64,000 bases of DNA from Bacteroidales bacterium (GTDB lineage Bacteria > Bacteroidota > Bacteroidia > Bacteroidales > GCA-2748055). Location of the stretch: the NCBI GenBank assembly GCA_029210585.1, contig JARGFP010000001.1:144050-208049 (forward strand). Reading direction: 5' to 3'. Position numbers and translations under genes: made by a program. This document shows positions 19,764-30,040 of the stretch, piece after piece. The notes below the pieces were generated by a model that did no database searches, had not been told where the DNA came from, and saw nothing but the letters and a program-made list of their open reading frames with translations. The number at the start of each line of letters is the position of its first letter. The first letter of the stretch is position 1.

Positions 19764-20912
19764 TCAGGGAGTAACAAAATCCCTTCGTGTTCCGCTGAAT
19801 AGCTGGTATTTCAAAAATTTTCCCTCAAGACCGGCATTGAAAAGGGGGATTTTCTTTTCAGGTTTGAGTCCGATGAAACGCAATGCATCCAGGCTGGCTG
19901 TGTACAACCAGGATTCTGATCCCGGGAAACGGTGCTTCAGTGCTGCACCTATCCCGCTGTACAATGCCTCAATATCAGCAACTTCAATACGTTCTCCATA
20001 GGGCGGGTTCATGATCAGCAGGGCGGGTTCCCGGACATCTCCCGAAGCCAGGAAATCTTCCTTCTTCACCTCGATCAGCGCATCAAGCCCTGCCACCCGC
20101 GCATTGTTTTTTGTCATACGGACCGCCTCGGGATCGCTATCGGTGGCAAAGATGGGATGTGCGGGTTGCCGTGGAGGCGGCAATGACTCTTTCAGTCGTT
20201 CAAAAAGCACTGCATCATAGTCCGGCCAGTTCTGGAAGCAATAGCCCCTGCCCATTGCGCCCGGGTACACCCCCGACGCGATCATGGCAGCTTCAATCGC
20301 AATTGTTCCCGAGCCGCACATGGGATTCCTGAGCGGACGCTCGCCTGTATAGCCTGTGATCATGACCATCCCGGCAGCAAGCACTTCACTGAGTGATGCC
20401 GGATGGGCAAATTTTTTGTATCCACGCCGGTGCAGCGATTCTCCCGAGCTGTCGAGAGAAACGGTAACATAGGTCTCCTGCACATGTACATTGATCCTGA
20501 CATCCGCATTTCTAAGGTCCACAGGAGGACGCAGGGAGGTATTGTCGCGAAACTGATCGGCAATGGCATCCTTGATCTTCAGTTCCACAAAATGGTTGTT
20601 CCTGAATACGTTTGAGAAGGTTACCGCATCCACCGCGAAAGACTGCTTGTAGGTCATGTATTCCGACCAGTCGATTTCCCGGATCTTCCGGTAGAGTTTT
20701 TCTTCGTTGAATGCCTTGAAACGGGCAATGGGTTTCAGCACCCTCAGGGCGGTTCTCGCACAATAATTGGCTTTGTACATCATGGATGTGGATCCGCTGA
20801 AATCAACGCCCCTGTTGACCGGGCGGACGTCCTCTGCTCCGATGGCCTGCAATTCCCCGGCAAGGAGCGTTTCAAACCCCTTTAATGTTTTCGCGTGGTA
20901 TGGACTGCTCAC
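19764..20912 (-). CDS. THUMP-domain class I SAM-dependent RNA methyltransferase (RlmL/YpsC-like)
   Basis: N-terminal THUMP region, 'DPMCGSGTI'-like 'NPMCGSGTIAIEAA' SAM motif and catalytic 'NPPYGERI'. Confidence 0.9.
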   Translation of the reverse strand: MSSPYHAKTLKGFETLLAGELQAIGAEDVRPVNRGVDFSGSTSMMYKANYCARTALRVLKPIARFKAFNEEKLYRKIREIDWSEYMTYKQSFAVDAVTFSNVFRNNHFVELKIKDAIADQFRDNTSLRPPVDLRNADVRINVHVQETYVTVSLDSSGESLHRRGYKKFAHPASLSEVLAAGMVMITGYTGERPLRNPMCGSGTIAIEAAMIASGVYPGAMGRGYCFQNWPDYDAVLFERLKESLPPPRQPAHPIFATDSDPEAVRMTKNNARVAGLDALIEVKKEDFLASGDVREPALLIMNPPYGERIEVADIEALYSGIGAALKHRFPGSESWLYTASLDALRFIGLKPEKKIPLFNAGLEGKFLKYQLFSGTRRDFVTP

Positions 20913-20995
20913 AATTTCGTTGTTTCGGTATATTCCTGTACTGCAAAGATAGCGTTAATGATCTGTTCTTCGCCCGTTCTGAAGATGATCGTCAG

Positions 20996-21574
20996 TTACT
21001 GATTTTTCGACCGTCGCCATTCCAGGTAACCCACAACTGCCATGATGGTGTAGACCAGGAACAGGAAGGCTGTGGGATACAATCCCCTGTATATGTATAA
21101 TCCCATGGACATCAGGTCAACAACTATCCACACGATCCAGTGTTCCAGTATCTTCCTGGTAAGCATCCATGTAGCCACGATACTTCCGGCGGTTGTCAGG
21201 GCATCCCAGTACGGTATGGGTGAATCGGTATACTGTTTCAGCAGGCACCCGATCATAAAAAAGATGGCGACCATGACCAGGAGCAACAGCAACCCCTGCT
21301 TCAGACCTGCAGAGATAACAGGGGGTTCGCCCTGCTCCTTCCGCGCAGCACCCGACCAGTTGATCCAGCCATAGATGCTGATGACAAAATAATAGGCATT
21401 CAGTCCCATGTCGGCATAGAACTTTGACTGATAAAAAACGATCACATACATGACCGCACTCAGGATTCCGACAGGCCAGAGCAGAATATTCTGCCTGATG
21501 CTCAGCACAAGGTAGATGATACTCAGCACCACGCCCAGTACTTCCACATAATGCTGCGCCAGCCAGTCGCTCAT
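20996..21574 (-). CDS. pnuC: Nicotinamide riboside transporter
   Basis: 192-aa polytopic protein with 'LSIRQNILLWPVGILSAVMY...YGWINW', typical of PnuC. Confidence 0.9.
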   Translation of the reverse strand: MSDWLAQHYVEVLGVVLSIIYLVLSIRQNILLWPVGILSAVMYVIVFYQSKFYADMGLNAYYFVISIYGWINWSGAARKEQGEPPVISAGLKQGLLLLLVMVAIFFMIGCLLKQYTDSPIPYWDALTTAGSIVATWMLTRKILEHWIVWIVVDLMSMGLYIYRGLYPTAFLFLVYTIMAVVGYLEWRRSKNQ

Positions 21575-21587
21575 GGTCCGCTTTTTT

Positions 21588-23168
21588 TCAGAGCTTATCG
21601 CTGTAAAAATGAGGCTCTTCCAGTACTTCGCGTGCCTTCATGAAGATGGGATCGGATTCATTGAAAACCTGGTAAAAATCGCTGGTATCCCAGAGGTCCC
21701 TTGCCACGTATGCCTTGATCAGCATTTCAATCTGGTCCCTGGAACGCTGAAACTCTTCCTCGTTATAGCTAACCCCTTCCTGTTCAGCAAATGAGATGAG
21801 TACATCCAGCATTTCCGTGGCATCAAATTTTGACCTGAAAGATTCGAAGTTCCTGTATTTACGTTCAAGTGCAGACCGTTCTTCATCTATATAACCGAGT
21901 ACGAACCTGTTGAATACGCCGTTACTGAATAAACGGCGCAGGTATTCGGTATTGGTCGTGGTATCGATGGGAACAAAATAATCGGGCATGATCCCGCCAC
22001 CGCCATACACGGTGCGTCCTTTTTCCAGGGTTTTAAATTTTTCGTCTTCCGGAAAGAGGATGCTGTCGGAAGTGTTCAGTTCACCGGTATTGTACCTGTT
22101 GATCAGATCCATGGCATAATTGTCGAACCCTTCATCATAGGGTTTCTGAATCAGCCTGCCGGTAGGGGTGTAATACCTTGCAATGGTGAGGCGCATTTCC
22201 GACCCGTCGTTCAGCCGGAAGGGCTGTTGCACGAGTCCTTTCCCGAAGGACCTTCTGCCCACCAGGACTCCCCTGTCCCATTCCTGCACGGCTCCACTAA
22301 CGATCTCACTGGCCGATGCCGAAGTTTCGTCGATCATGATGACCAGTTTCCCTTTTTCGAAGAGTCCCTTCGAAGTGGCTTTGTAGTCCCGCCTCGGTAC
22401 TTTATCCCCTTCGGTATACACAATCTGTCGTCCTGCACCCAGGAAATGATCGGCCAGTTCAATGGCGATCCGGAGGTACCCTCCCCCGTTCCCGCTCAGG
22501 TCGAGGATCAGGCTTTCCATCCCTTTTTTCTGCAGTTCCTTCAGTGCTTCCTCAAACTCCTCTGCCGTGGTCTGGGAAAAACGGGAGAGCTTGATGTAGC
22601 CAATCTCGTCATCCACCATGTAGGAAGCGTCGAGACTGTACACCGGGATTTTATCGCGTATAATGGTAAAATCCAGTTCCTTGTCGACCGACTTCCTGTA
22701 AACGGTCACTTCCACTTCGGTTCCTTTCTTTCCCTTCAGTCTTTTCTGCACACCGGCAGTGGTGATGCCGGTACCGGCCACATTTTCACCATTCACTTCG
22801 ATGATGCGGTCGCCTGCCATGATGCCGACCCTTTCAGAAGGTCCTCCCTGGATGGTGCCCACTATAAATATGGTATCCTCGAGAATATTGAATGAAACGC
22901 CTATTCCTTCGAATTCACCTGTCAGCTGTTCACTGATCTCTTTCAGTTCCTCGGCACTGATGTAGGAAGAGTGCGGATCGAGCTCATGCAGCATCTGTAC
23001 AATGGTCTTTTCCACAAACTGTTCTTCGTCGAGCGTGTCAACGTAATACCTGCTCACCTTGTCCATTACCTCCATGAGCTTCAGTCCGTTCACATCGAAT
23101 TGTGCCCCGACCGGTGCAACAGTGAATAGCAATACCGGTAAGATGATGACTTTTAAAAAGTTTCTCAT
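21588..23168 (-). CDS. S41-family carboxy-terminal processing peptidase
   Basis: Signal peptide, PDZ region ('GDRIIEVNG'), 'DLSGNGGGYL' and catalytic 'SASASEI...GKG' motifs. Confidence 0.9.
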   Translation of the reverse strand: MRNFLKVIILPVLLFTVAPVGAQFDVNGLKLMEVMDKVSRYYVDTLDEEQFVEKTIVQMLHELDPHSSYISAEELKEISEQLTGEFEGIGVSFNILEDTIFIVGTIQGGPSERVGIMAGDRIIEVNGENVAGTGITTAGVQKRLKGKKGTEVEVTVYRKSVDKELDFTIIRDKIPVYSLDASYMVDDEIGYIKLSRFSQTTAEEFEEALKELQKKGMESLILDLSGNGGGYLRIAIELADHFLGAGRQIVYTEGDKVPRRDYKATSKGLFEKGKLVIMIDETSASASEIVSGAVQEWDRGVLVGRRSFGKGLVQQPFRLNDGSEMRLTIARYYTPTGRLIQKPYDEGFDNYAMDLINRYNTGELNTSDSILFPEDEKFKTLEKGRTVYGGGGIMPDYFVPIDTTTNTEYLRRLFSNGVFNRFVLGYIDEERSALERKYRNFESFRSKFDATEMLDVLISFAEQEGVSYNEEEFQRSRDQIEMLIKAYVARDLWDTSDFYQVFNESDPIFMKAREVLEEPHFYSDKL

Positions 23169-23227
23169 AATTGATCTTTAGCGATTCCTATAGTATATTA
23201 ACCCCGGGAAGAATGAATTGTTGTGTA

Positions 23228-24757
23228 TCATTCCCACTCAATGGTGGCAGGAGGTTTTGAGCTGATGTCGTAGACAACCCGGTTGATGCCCCTGACTTTG
23301 TTAATGATCTCGTTGGAGACCCTGCTGAGGAAAGCGTGCGGAAGGTCTGCCCAGTCGGCAGTCATCCCGTCGGTTGCGGTCACCGCGCGCAATGCCACCA
23401 CGTATTCATAGGTTCTTTCGTCGCCCATGACACCTACCGACTGCACCGGCAGCAACATGGCTCCCGCCTGCCATACCCGGTTGTAGAGCCCGTATTCCTT
23501 CAATCGTGTTATGAAGATATGATCGGCTTCCTGCGCCAGGGTAACCTTTTCAGGAGTGACCTCTCCCAGCACCCTGATGCCCAGTCCGGGACCCGGGAAG
23601 GGGTGCCGTGACAGGATATGTGCACCGATGCCCAGGGTATAGCCTACTTTGCGTACCTCATCCTTGAAGAGGAGGCGCAGTGGCTCGACCACTTTCAGGT
23701 GCATTTTTTCAGGCAGACCACCAACGTTGTGGTGGGACTTGATGGTGACCGAGGGACCATTGACCGAAACAGATTCGATCACATCGGGGTAGATCGTTCC
23801 TTGTCCCAGCCACCTGATGTCTTTCAGTTTTTTGGCCTCTTCCTCGAAGACTTCAATAAAGTTCTTCCCTATACTTTTTCTTTTCAGCTCGGGGTCGGCA
23901 ATTCCCTTGAGATCATCCAGGAATTTCTGTTTGGCATCCACGCCGATTACATTTAATCCCAGGTCTTTGTAGGAATGAAGCACGTCTTCAAATTCATTTT
24001 TGCGCAGGAGTCCGTTGTCCACGAAGATACAGGTAAGCTGTTTGCCAATGGCCTGGTGCAACAGCATTGCTGCCACTGAGGAGTCCACTCCCCCGGAAAG
24101 TCCAAGCACCACGTGATCGCTGCCCAGGCGCCGCTTCAGGTCGCTGACCGTTGCTTCGATAAAGGATTCGGGGGTCCAGTCCTGGTGGCATCCGCACACG
24201 CCGCGCAGGAAATTACCGAGGATTTTTGTGCCCTCCGTAGTGTGGTACACCTCCGGGTGAAACTGAAGTCCATAGACCTGTTCCTCCTCTGCGGCATAGG
24301 CGCCCACTTCAATATCGCCTGTGCTGGCAATGACCCGGTAGTGGTCCGGCAGCCTGACGATGGTATCTCCGTGTGACATCCATACCTGGGTATTTACCGG
24401 GATATCCTTCAGCAGGGTGTTACCGGTATCGATGCTTGTGAGCAGTGCACGGCCGTATTCCCTCGAATCGGAAGCTTCCACTTTTCCTCCATAATGGTGG
24501 GAAAGGTATTGGGCACCGTAGCAGATCCCGAGGATCGGCAATTTGCCCTTGATGGCAGAAAGGTCTGGTACCGGTGCATTCTGATCCCGCACCGAAAAGG
24601 GACTTCCCGAGAGAATAACTCCTTTCACATCCTCATCGTGTTGCGTATAGGAGTTAAAGGGATGTATTTCACAATAAACATTATTTTCGCGCACTTTCCG
24701 GGCGATCAGCTGGGTGTACTGGGAACCGAAATCGAGTATAATGATCTTTTCTGCCAC
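23228..24757 (-). CDS. guaA: GMP synthase (glutamine-hydrolysing)
   Basis: GATase 'ILGICYGAQ', PP-loop '[10 protein letters not shown]' and C-terminal 'KPPATIEWE'. Confidence 0.97.
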   Translation of the reverse strand: MAEKIIILDFGSQYTQLIARKVRENNVYCEIHPFNSYTQHDEDVKGVILSGSPFSVRDQNAPVPDLSAIKGKLPILGICYGAQYLSHHYGGKVEASDSREYGRALLTSIDTGNTLLKDIPVNTQVWMSHGDTIVRLPDHYRVIASTGDIEVGAYAAEEEQVYGLQFHPEVYHTTEGTKILGNFLRGVCGCHQDWTPESFIEATVSDLKRRLGSDHVVLGLSGGVDSSVAAMLLHQAIGKQLTCIFVDNGLLRKNEFEDVLHSYKDLGLNVIGVDAKQKFLDDLKGIADPELKRKSIGKNFIEVFEEEAKKLKDIRWLGQGTIYPDVIESVSVNGPSVTIKSHHNVGGLPEKMHLKVVEPLRLLFKDEVRKVGYTLGIGAHILSRHPFPGPGLGIRVLGEVTPEKVTLAQEADHIFITRLKEYGLYNRVWQAGAMLLPVQSVGVMGDERTYEYVVALRAVTATDGMTADWADLPHAFLSRVSNEIINKVRGINRVVYDISSKPPATIEWE

Positions 24758-24842
24758 TTTTTTCTTTGATTTTTGAAACCGTAAAATTAGTACAATTTAT
24801 ATGTTCACGAAGAAAGAAAAGGTTTAAATCATTTTCTGTCCC

Positions 24843-25769
24843 TCAATCCCGTTGAACGCGACGCTGCTCCACCGTAAACCTGTCACCGTCATTGACTGCC
24901 ACGGATTCGGGGAATTCGGCCCGTGCTTCTTCCAGGAAAAGTTCATCAGATTTGTACCGTGTCGAAAAATGTCCGAGGAGCAGTTTCCCTGCCCCGGCAG
25001 CTTTGGCCACAAGGGCCGCCTGTCTTGCAGTGGAATGTAAAGTCTGATTGGCGAGTCCCAGGTCCTTTTCCAGGAAAGTTGCCTCATGGAAAAGCAGGTC
25101 CACTCCCCTGATTTGTTCAGCGATCCCGGGCAAATATGCTGTATCGGAGATATATGCGTAGGAACGTTGCCTGATGGGCGGGAGGGTCAGTGACGCATTC
25201 GGCACCACGGTTCCGTCCTCCAGCAGGTGGTCTCTTCCTTCCTTGATGTTTTTAATGTCGGCCACACCGAGTCCGTATTCTTCGATCTTCGCTTTGTCCA
25301 CGTTGAGGAGGCGGGGTTTTTCCCGGAAGAGATAGCCGAAGGTTTCGGCCCTGTGTTTGAGCCGCACCGGGATCACCTCGGTTTTCGAGTCCTGGTAAAT
25401 GACCTGTTTTTCCTGTGCCACATGAAAACGCAGCTCAAAAGGCAGTGTGCCGGAAAAACCAAGGTGCACCCGTATCATCTCCTCCAGTGCTGTGGGTCCG
25501 TAGAGGTTCAGGATTGCCTTCCTGCCCATCAGTCCCAGGCTGGAGATCATCCCGAACAGCCCGAACACATGATCGCCATGCAGGTGTGAAATGAAGATGT
25601 GGTTGATCCGTGCCGGGCTGAGCCGGAACCTCCGGAGCTGGATCTGCGTACCTTCCCCGCAATCGATCAAAAAAAACCGCTCATTCATATTTAATAAATG
25701 AGCGGCTGTAGATCGTTTTGAAGTAGGCAGTGCAGAGCTGCTACCCAAAATTATCAATTCAAAAGACAC
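24843..25769 (-). CDS. rnz: Ribonuclease Z
   Basis: Metallo-beta-lactamase 'ISHLHGDH', 'LIDCGEGTQ' and ~308 aa. Confidence 0.9.
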   Translation of the reverse strand: MSFELIILGSSSALPTSKRSTAAHLLNMNERFFLIDCGEGTQIQLRRFRLSPARINHIFISHLHGDHVFGLFGMISSLGLMGRKAILNLYGPTALEEMIRVHLGFSGTLPFELRFHVAQEKQVIYQDSKTEVIPVRLKHRAETFGYLFREKPRLLNVDKAKIEEYGLGVADIKNIKEGRDHLLEDGTVVPNASLTLPPIRQRSYAYISDTAYLPGIAEQIRGVDLLFHEATFLEKDLGLANQTLHSTARQAALVAKAAGAGKLLLGHFSTRYKSDELFLEEARAEFPESVAVNDGDRFTVEQRRVQRD

Positions 25770-25783
25770 TTAATAAGTACTGA

Positions 25784-26131
25784 TTATTCAGCTTCCTTGA
25801 TCATCTTTTTTGCATCATCCACCGATTCTGCAATATTAAGCACAGTATCCAGTTGTGAAATGGTGATGAGCCTCTCAACTGCATCATTCAAACCAGCCAG
25901 CACAAATGTTCCGCTGGCGTTTTTACACAAACGGTTGGCAACCAGTATTGCACTTAGCCCGGAAGAATCACAATAGCGACAATTCTCGAGATCGAGGATG
26001 ATGTTTTTTTCGCCATTTCCGGATACAAGCACCAGCTCCGACTTTAAGGTTGGAGCAATGTGCGTGTCCAATTTTTCTTCCAATACTTTGATCAAAGTAT
26101 GGTTTTCAAATTTGTCAATTTTGAACTCCAT
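25784..26131 (-). CDS. STAS-domain protein (anti-sigma-factor-antagonist type)
   Basis: 115 aa. 'LDLENCRYCDSSGLSAILVA' has the DSSG motif at residues 55-58. Confidence 0.8.
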   Translation of the reverse strand: MEFKIDKFENHTLIKVLEEKLDTHIAPTLKSELVLVSGNGEKNIILDLENCRYCDSSGLSAILVANRLCKNASGTFVLAGLNDAVERLITISQLDTVLNIAESVDDAKKMIKEAE

Positions 26132-26161
26132 TGCTGAAAATTTAGTTTTTAGATTATAATA

Positions 26162-28435
26162 TTACTTGTTTCCAGCCTTATTCTTCTCATTCTCTTCCAT
26201 TTCATTCTTCAGGGCTGCCAGGTCAGAAATGTCACCGAGCGTGGTTTTCTCAAGTTTGCTCTTGATCTTCCTTGCGGTTTTCCTTGTTTCAGCAGCTTCT
26301 GATTGCTTTTCCGGCTTACCTGAAGACTGTCTCTTCTCATCTTCGTGAATTCGGCTATGAGACAAGATAATCTTTTTTGCTGACTTATTAAACTCAATCA
26401 CCTTAAAAGATAACTTTTCGTCCTGTTTTGCAGAAGAACCGTCCTCTTTCACCAGGTGTTTTGGCGTAACAAATCCTTCAACACCATAAGGCAGTGCAAC
26501 AACTGCACCTTTATCCATCAATTCAATGATCGTTCCCTCGTGGATGGAATCTACTTCGAATACTGATTCGAATACATCCCATGGGTTCTCTTCGAGTTGT
26601 TTGTGACCAAGACTCAGACGGCGGTTTTCCACATCAATTTCAAGTACAACAACCTCGATGTCAGCTCCGATGGAAGTAAATTCCGCCGGGTGCTTCACTT
26701 TCTTGGTCCATGACAGGTCTGAAATATGGATCAGGCCGTCAACGCCTTCCTCGATTTCAACGAACACTCCAAAGTTAGTAAAGTTACGAACTTTTGCGGT
26801 ATGTTTGGTACCCACTGCAAATTTTTCCTGTACCTTATCCCATGGGTCTTCTTTCAATTGCTTGATACCCAGCGACATTTTTCTTTCTTCCCTGTCAAGG
26901 GTCAGGATCACTGCCTCTACTTCGTCGCCCACTTTCATGAATTCCTGTGCGCTCTTGAGGTGTTGTGACCAGCTCATTTCGGAAACATGGATCAGTCCTT
27001 CGACGCCTGGCGCAATCTCGATAAATGCGCCATAGTCTGCCATGACAACCACTTTGCCTTTAACCTTGTCGCCCACCTTCAGGTTTTCATCCAGTGAATC
27101 CCACGGATGTGGTGTCAGTTGCTTGAGGCCAAGTGCGATACGCTTCTTGTCATCATCGAAGTCGAGAATAACCACGTTCAGTTTCTCGTCCAGCGAAAGA
27201 ATTTCTTCCGGGTGATTTACGCGGCCCCATGAGAGGTCGGTAATGTGGATCAGTCCGTCGACACCGCCCAGGTCGATAAATACACCGTATGAAGTAATGT
27301 TCTTCACAGTGCCTTCTAGCACCTGTCCTTTTTCGAGTTTAGCAATGATTTCTTTCTTTTGCTGCTCAAGCTCTTCTTCGATCAGTGCTTTGTGGGATAC
27401 CACAACGTTCTTGAATTCCTGGTTGATCTTCACCACCTTGAATTCCATGGTTTTGTCAACATATGCATCGTAGTCCCTGATAGGTTTCACGTCGATCTGT
27501 GATCCCGGGAGGAATGCTTCGATTCCGAATACATCCACGATCATACCACCTTTTGTGCGGCACTTGATGTATCCCTTGATGACCTCGTCCTGGTCCAGTG
27601 CCTGGTTGACGCGGTCCCACGAACGCATGGCGCGGGCTTTCTTGTGGGAAAGCACCAGCTGGCCCCTTTTGTCTTCCTGGCTCTCAACGTATATTTCAAC
27701 GGTATCTCCGGGTTTCAGATCAGGATTGTACCTGAATTCGTTCAGCGATACAACACCTTCGGATTTGTAACCGATATTGATCACTACCTCGCGCTTGTTC
27801 ATGGAGATCACTGTGCCATCGATCACTTCATTTTCAGCGATGGTAGAGAGCGTGCTGCTGTACATTTTCTCCAGTTTCGCCTGGTTCTCAGCAGTCTCAT
27901 CAAGTACATTGGCTCCGTATGCATCCCAGTCAAAATCGGCATTACCGGTAGTGTCATCTGAGGATGCGGCAGGAGTTGTTTTTTCTTCGGCAGCTTGTTC
28001 TGAGGCAGTCACTTCAGTTTCTTCGCTTTCCGGTGCTTCGGTTTCAGTTTCAGCCTTTTGGGCTTCAGCTTCCGGTTCCTGTGCAACAGGTGCATCGGCA
28101 GTTTCTTCTTTTGCAGTTTCCTGCGCTTCAGTTTCAGTTTTAGCTTCCCCGGCCTCAGCTTCGGCTTTTTCCTCTTCTGCTGCAGGTGCTTCGGATGTTT
28201 CTTCCGTGGCAGCCTCAGGTGTTTCTTCCGTGGCAGCCTCAGGCGTTTCATTTACCGCTTCATCTGCTTCTTTTTTCGCAGCCTTCGGAGCTTCAACTTC
28301 CTCTTCAGCTTTTTCTTCCACAGGTTCGGTTTTGGTTTCCCCGGCTACTTCCTGGGTCGATTCTTCGTTGGTTTCATCGACATTTTGGGTGGTTTGCTTT
28401 TCTTCATTCAAACCATCTTTTTCTTTTTCAGTCAT
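26162..28435 (-). CDS. rpsA: 30S ribosomal protein S1 with ~165-aa acidic N-terminal extension
   Basis: Six S1 OB repeats ('G.V....GA.V.I.G.EGFLP.S...'). The conserved body starts at 'DFDWDAYG'. Upstream there is only E/A/T/K-rich low complexity, with no internal Met before the body. Confidence 0.95.
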   Translation of the reverse strand: MTEKEKDGLNEEKQTTQNVDETNEESTQEVAGETKTEPVEEKAEEEVEAPKAAKKEADEAVNETPEAATEETPEAATEETSEAPAAEEEKAEAEAGEAKTETEAQETAKEETADAPVAQEPEAEAQKAETETEAPESEETEVTASEQAAEEKTTPAASSDDTTGNADFDWDAYGANVLDETAENQAKLEKMYSSTLSTIAENEVIDGTVISMNKREVVINIGYKSEGVVSLNEFRYNPDLKPGDTVEIYVESQEDKRGQLVLSHKKARAMRSWDRVNQALDQDEVIKGYIKCRTKGGMIVDVFGIEAFLPGSQIDVKPIRDYDAYVDKTMEFKVVKINQEFKNVVVSHKALIEEELEQQKKEIIAKLEKGQVLEGTVKNITSYGVFIDLGGVDGLIHITDLSWGRVNHPEEILSLDEKLNVVILDFDDDKKRIALGLKQLTPHPWDSLDENLKVGDKVKGKVVVMADYGAFIEIAPGVEGLIHVSEMSWSQHLKSAQEFMKVGDEVEAVILTLDREERKMSLGIKQLKEDPWDKVQEKFAVGTKHTAKVRNFTNFGVFVEIEEGVDGLIHISDLSWTKKVKHPAEFTSIGADIEVVVLEIDVENRRLSLGHKQLEENPWDVFESVFEVDSIHEGTIIELMDKGAVVALPYGVEGFVTPKHLVKEDGSSAKQDEKLSFKVIEFNKSAKKIILSHSRIHEDEKRQSSGKPEKQSEAAETRKTARKIKSKLEKTTLGDISDLAALKNEMEENEKNKAGNK
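28201..28248. repeat. 24-bp tandem repeat x2 (1 mismatch) inside the rpsA 5' extension
   Basis: cttccgtggcagcctcaggtgttt / cttccgtggcagcctcaggcgttt, encoding ETPEAATE twice on the minus strand. Confidence 0.9.
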
Positions 28436-28646
28436 TAGATAAATCCTTAAACATTAATAAGTTAGACATTATAATTATTTAATCGAGCCGCAAAGATACA
28501 ATTTTTAGTATACATTCCCTAATTCTCAGAAAACTATAAGGCAATGATAACGCGGGTTTTATATGCTGTATAACAAATCTTCCGGCGTGATTGATGGCAT
28601 TCTTCGAAAAACTATAACTTTAGGGGTTCAAAAAAAAAGATTATAG

Positions 28647-29981
28647 ATGAAAACAGCTGTGATTGGCACCGGGTATGTCGGGTTGGTATCCGGAACATGT
28701 TTTGCCGAAACTGGTATCCAGGTAACCTGCGTGGATATTGATAAAAAGAAAATTGAGCGCCTCAGGAACGGTGAGGTGCCGATTTATGAACCGGGACTTA
28801 CCCGCCTGGTGAAAAACAACCTGGAAAAGAACAGGCTGACGTTTTCAACGGATCTTGGTGAAAGCATCCAGGATTGCGAAGCGGTCTTTATCGCGGTGGG
28901 CACCCCTCCTGATGAAGACGGAAGTGCCGACCTGCAGTATGTGCTGGATGTAGCCAGGAAGATCGGGCGCCACATGAAAGAATATATGGTGGTGATCACC
29001 AAGAGTACGGTACCAATCCTCACGTCAGAGAAAGTCAGGATGGCGGTTGCCGAAGAGCTGAAAAAGCGCAATGCCGACATTCCATTCGACGTGGCCTCCA
29101 ACCCGGAGTTCCTGAAAGAGGGTGCTGCGGTGAACGACTTCCTCAAACCGGACCGCATCGTGGTGGGGACCGACTCGGAGCGGGCCGAAAAGATCATCAA
29201 CCGCCTCTACAAACCGTTTTTGCTGAATGGCCACCCGGTCATCATCATGGATATCCGTTCGGCCGAGATGACCAAGTATGCTGCCAACGCCATGCTGGCC
29301 ACCAAGATCAGCTTCATGAACGAGATCGCCAATCTCTGCGAGGCCGTGGGCGCCGACGTGAACATGGTCAGGAAAGGCATCGGTTCTGATCCGCGGATCG
29401 GCAACAAGTTCATCTACCCCGGCGCCGGGTATGGCGGATCCTGCTTCCCGAAAGATGTGAAGGCACTGGTTAAAACCGCGAAGGATTATCATTCACCTTT
29501 GCGCATCCTGCAGTCTGTTGAAGACGCCAACGAACACCAGAAAACGATCATCGGGCGTAAAGTGATCGATCATTTCGGCGGGAGCCTGGAAGGAAAACAG
29601 ATCGCCGTATGGGGACTTTCCTTCAAGCCGGAGACCGACGACATGCGTGAAGCACCTTCGCTGGTGATCATCGATGCGCTGCTCAGCGCAGGAGCAACCG
29701 TGACCGCCTACGACCCGGTGGCCATGGAGGTAGGCAAGCGTATTTTGGGGGACAAGATCGGGTACGCCAAAGACAGGCACGAGGCGGTGCTCGATGCAAG
29801 TGCGCTGGTGATCGTTACGGAATGGTCCGAGTTCAGGGTACCCAACTACAGGATGATGGAAAAGCTGATGAAGGAAAAAGTTATCTTTGACGGCAGGAAT
29901 ATTTATGAAGCAGCCGAGATGAATGAGTACGGGTTCACGTACTACAGCATCGGCCGGAAACCTATGATTGCAAAGCAATAA
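28647..29981 (+). CDS. ugd: UDP-glucose 6-dehydrogenase
   Basis: 'AVIGTGYVGLVSGTCFAE', catalytic 'GGSCFPKD', 444 aa. Confidence 0.95.
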   Translation: MKTAVIGTGYVGLVSGTCFAETGIQVTCVDIDKKKIERLRNGEVPIYEPGLTRLVKNNLEKNRLTFSTDLGESIQDCEAVFIAVGTPPDEDGSADLQYVLDVARKIGRHMKEYMVVITKSTVPILTSEKVRMAVAEELKKRNADIPFDVASNPEFLKEGAAVNDFLKPDRIVVGTDSERAEKIINRLYKPFLLNGHPVIIMDIRSAEMTKYAANAMLATKISFMNEIANLCEAVGADVNMVRKGIGSDPRIGNKFIYPGAGYGGSCFPKDVKALVKTAKDYHSPLRILQSVEDANEHQKTIIGRKVIDHFGGSLEGKQIAVWGLSFKPETDDMREAPSLVIIDALLSAGATVTAYDPVAMEVGKRILGDKIGYAKDRHEAVLDASALVIVTEWSEFRVPNYRMMEKLMKEKVIFDGRNIYEAAEMNEYGFTYYSIGRKPMIAKQ

Positions 29982-30040
29982 GGAAATAAGCTGCATCTAT
30001 CAACGATGTGCGCTGCATGTAATGACTAAAAACGAAAACT

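Noticed and set aside
22227-22895. 222-aa ORF antisense to the S41 peptidase
   Set aside because: Shadow ORF. The S41 catalytic motifs are on the other strand.
27777-28442. 221-aa Ser/Ala-rich ORF and several other ORFs (28009-28251, 28058-28438, 28186-28482) over the rpsA 5' region
   Set aside because: These are artefacts of the low-complexity GAA/GCT-rich sequence that encodes the acidic S1 extension. Every frame is open there.
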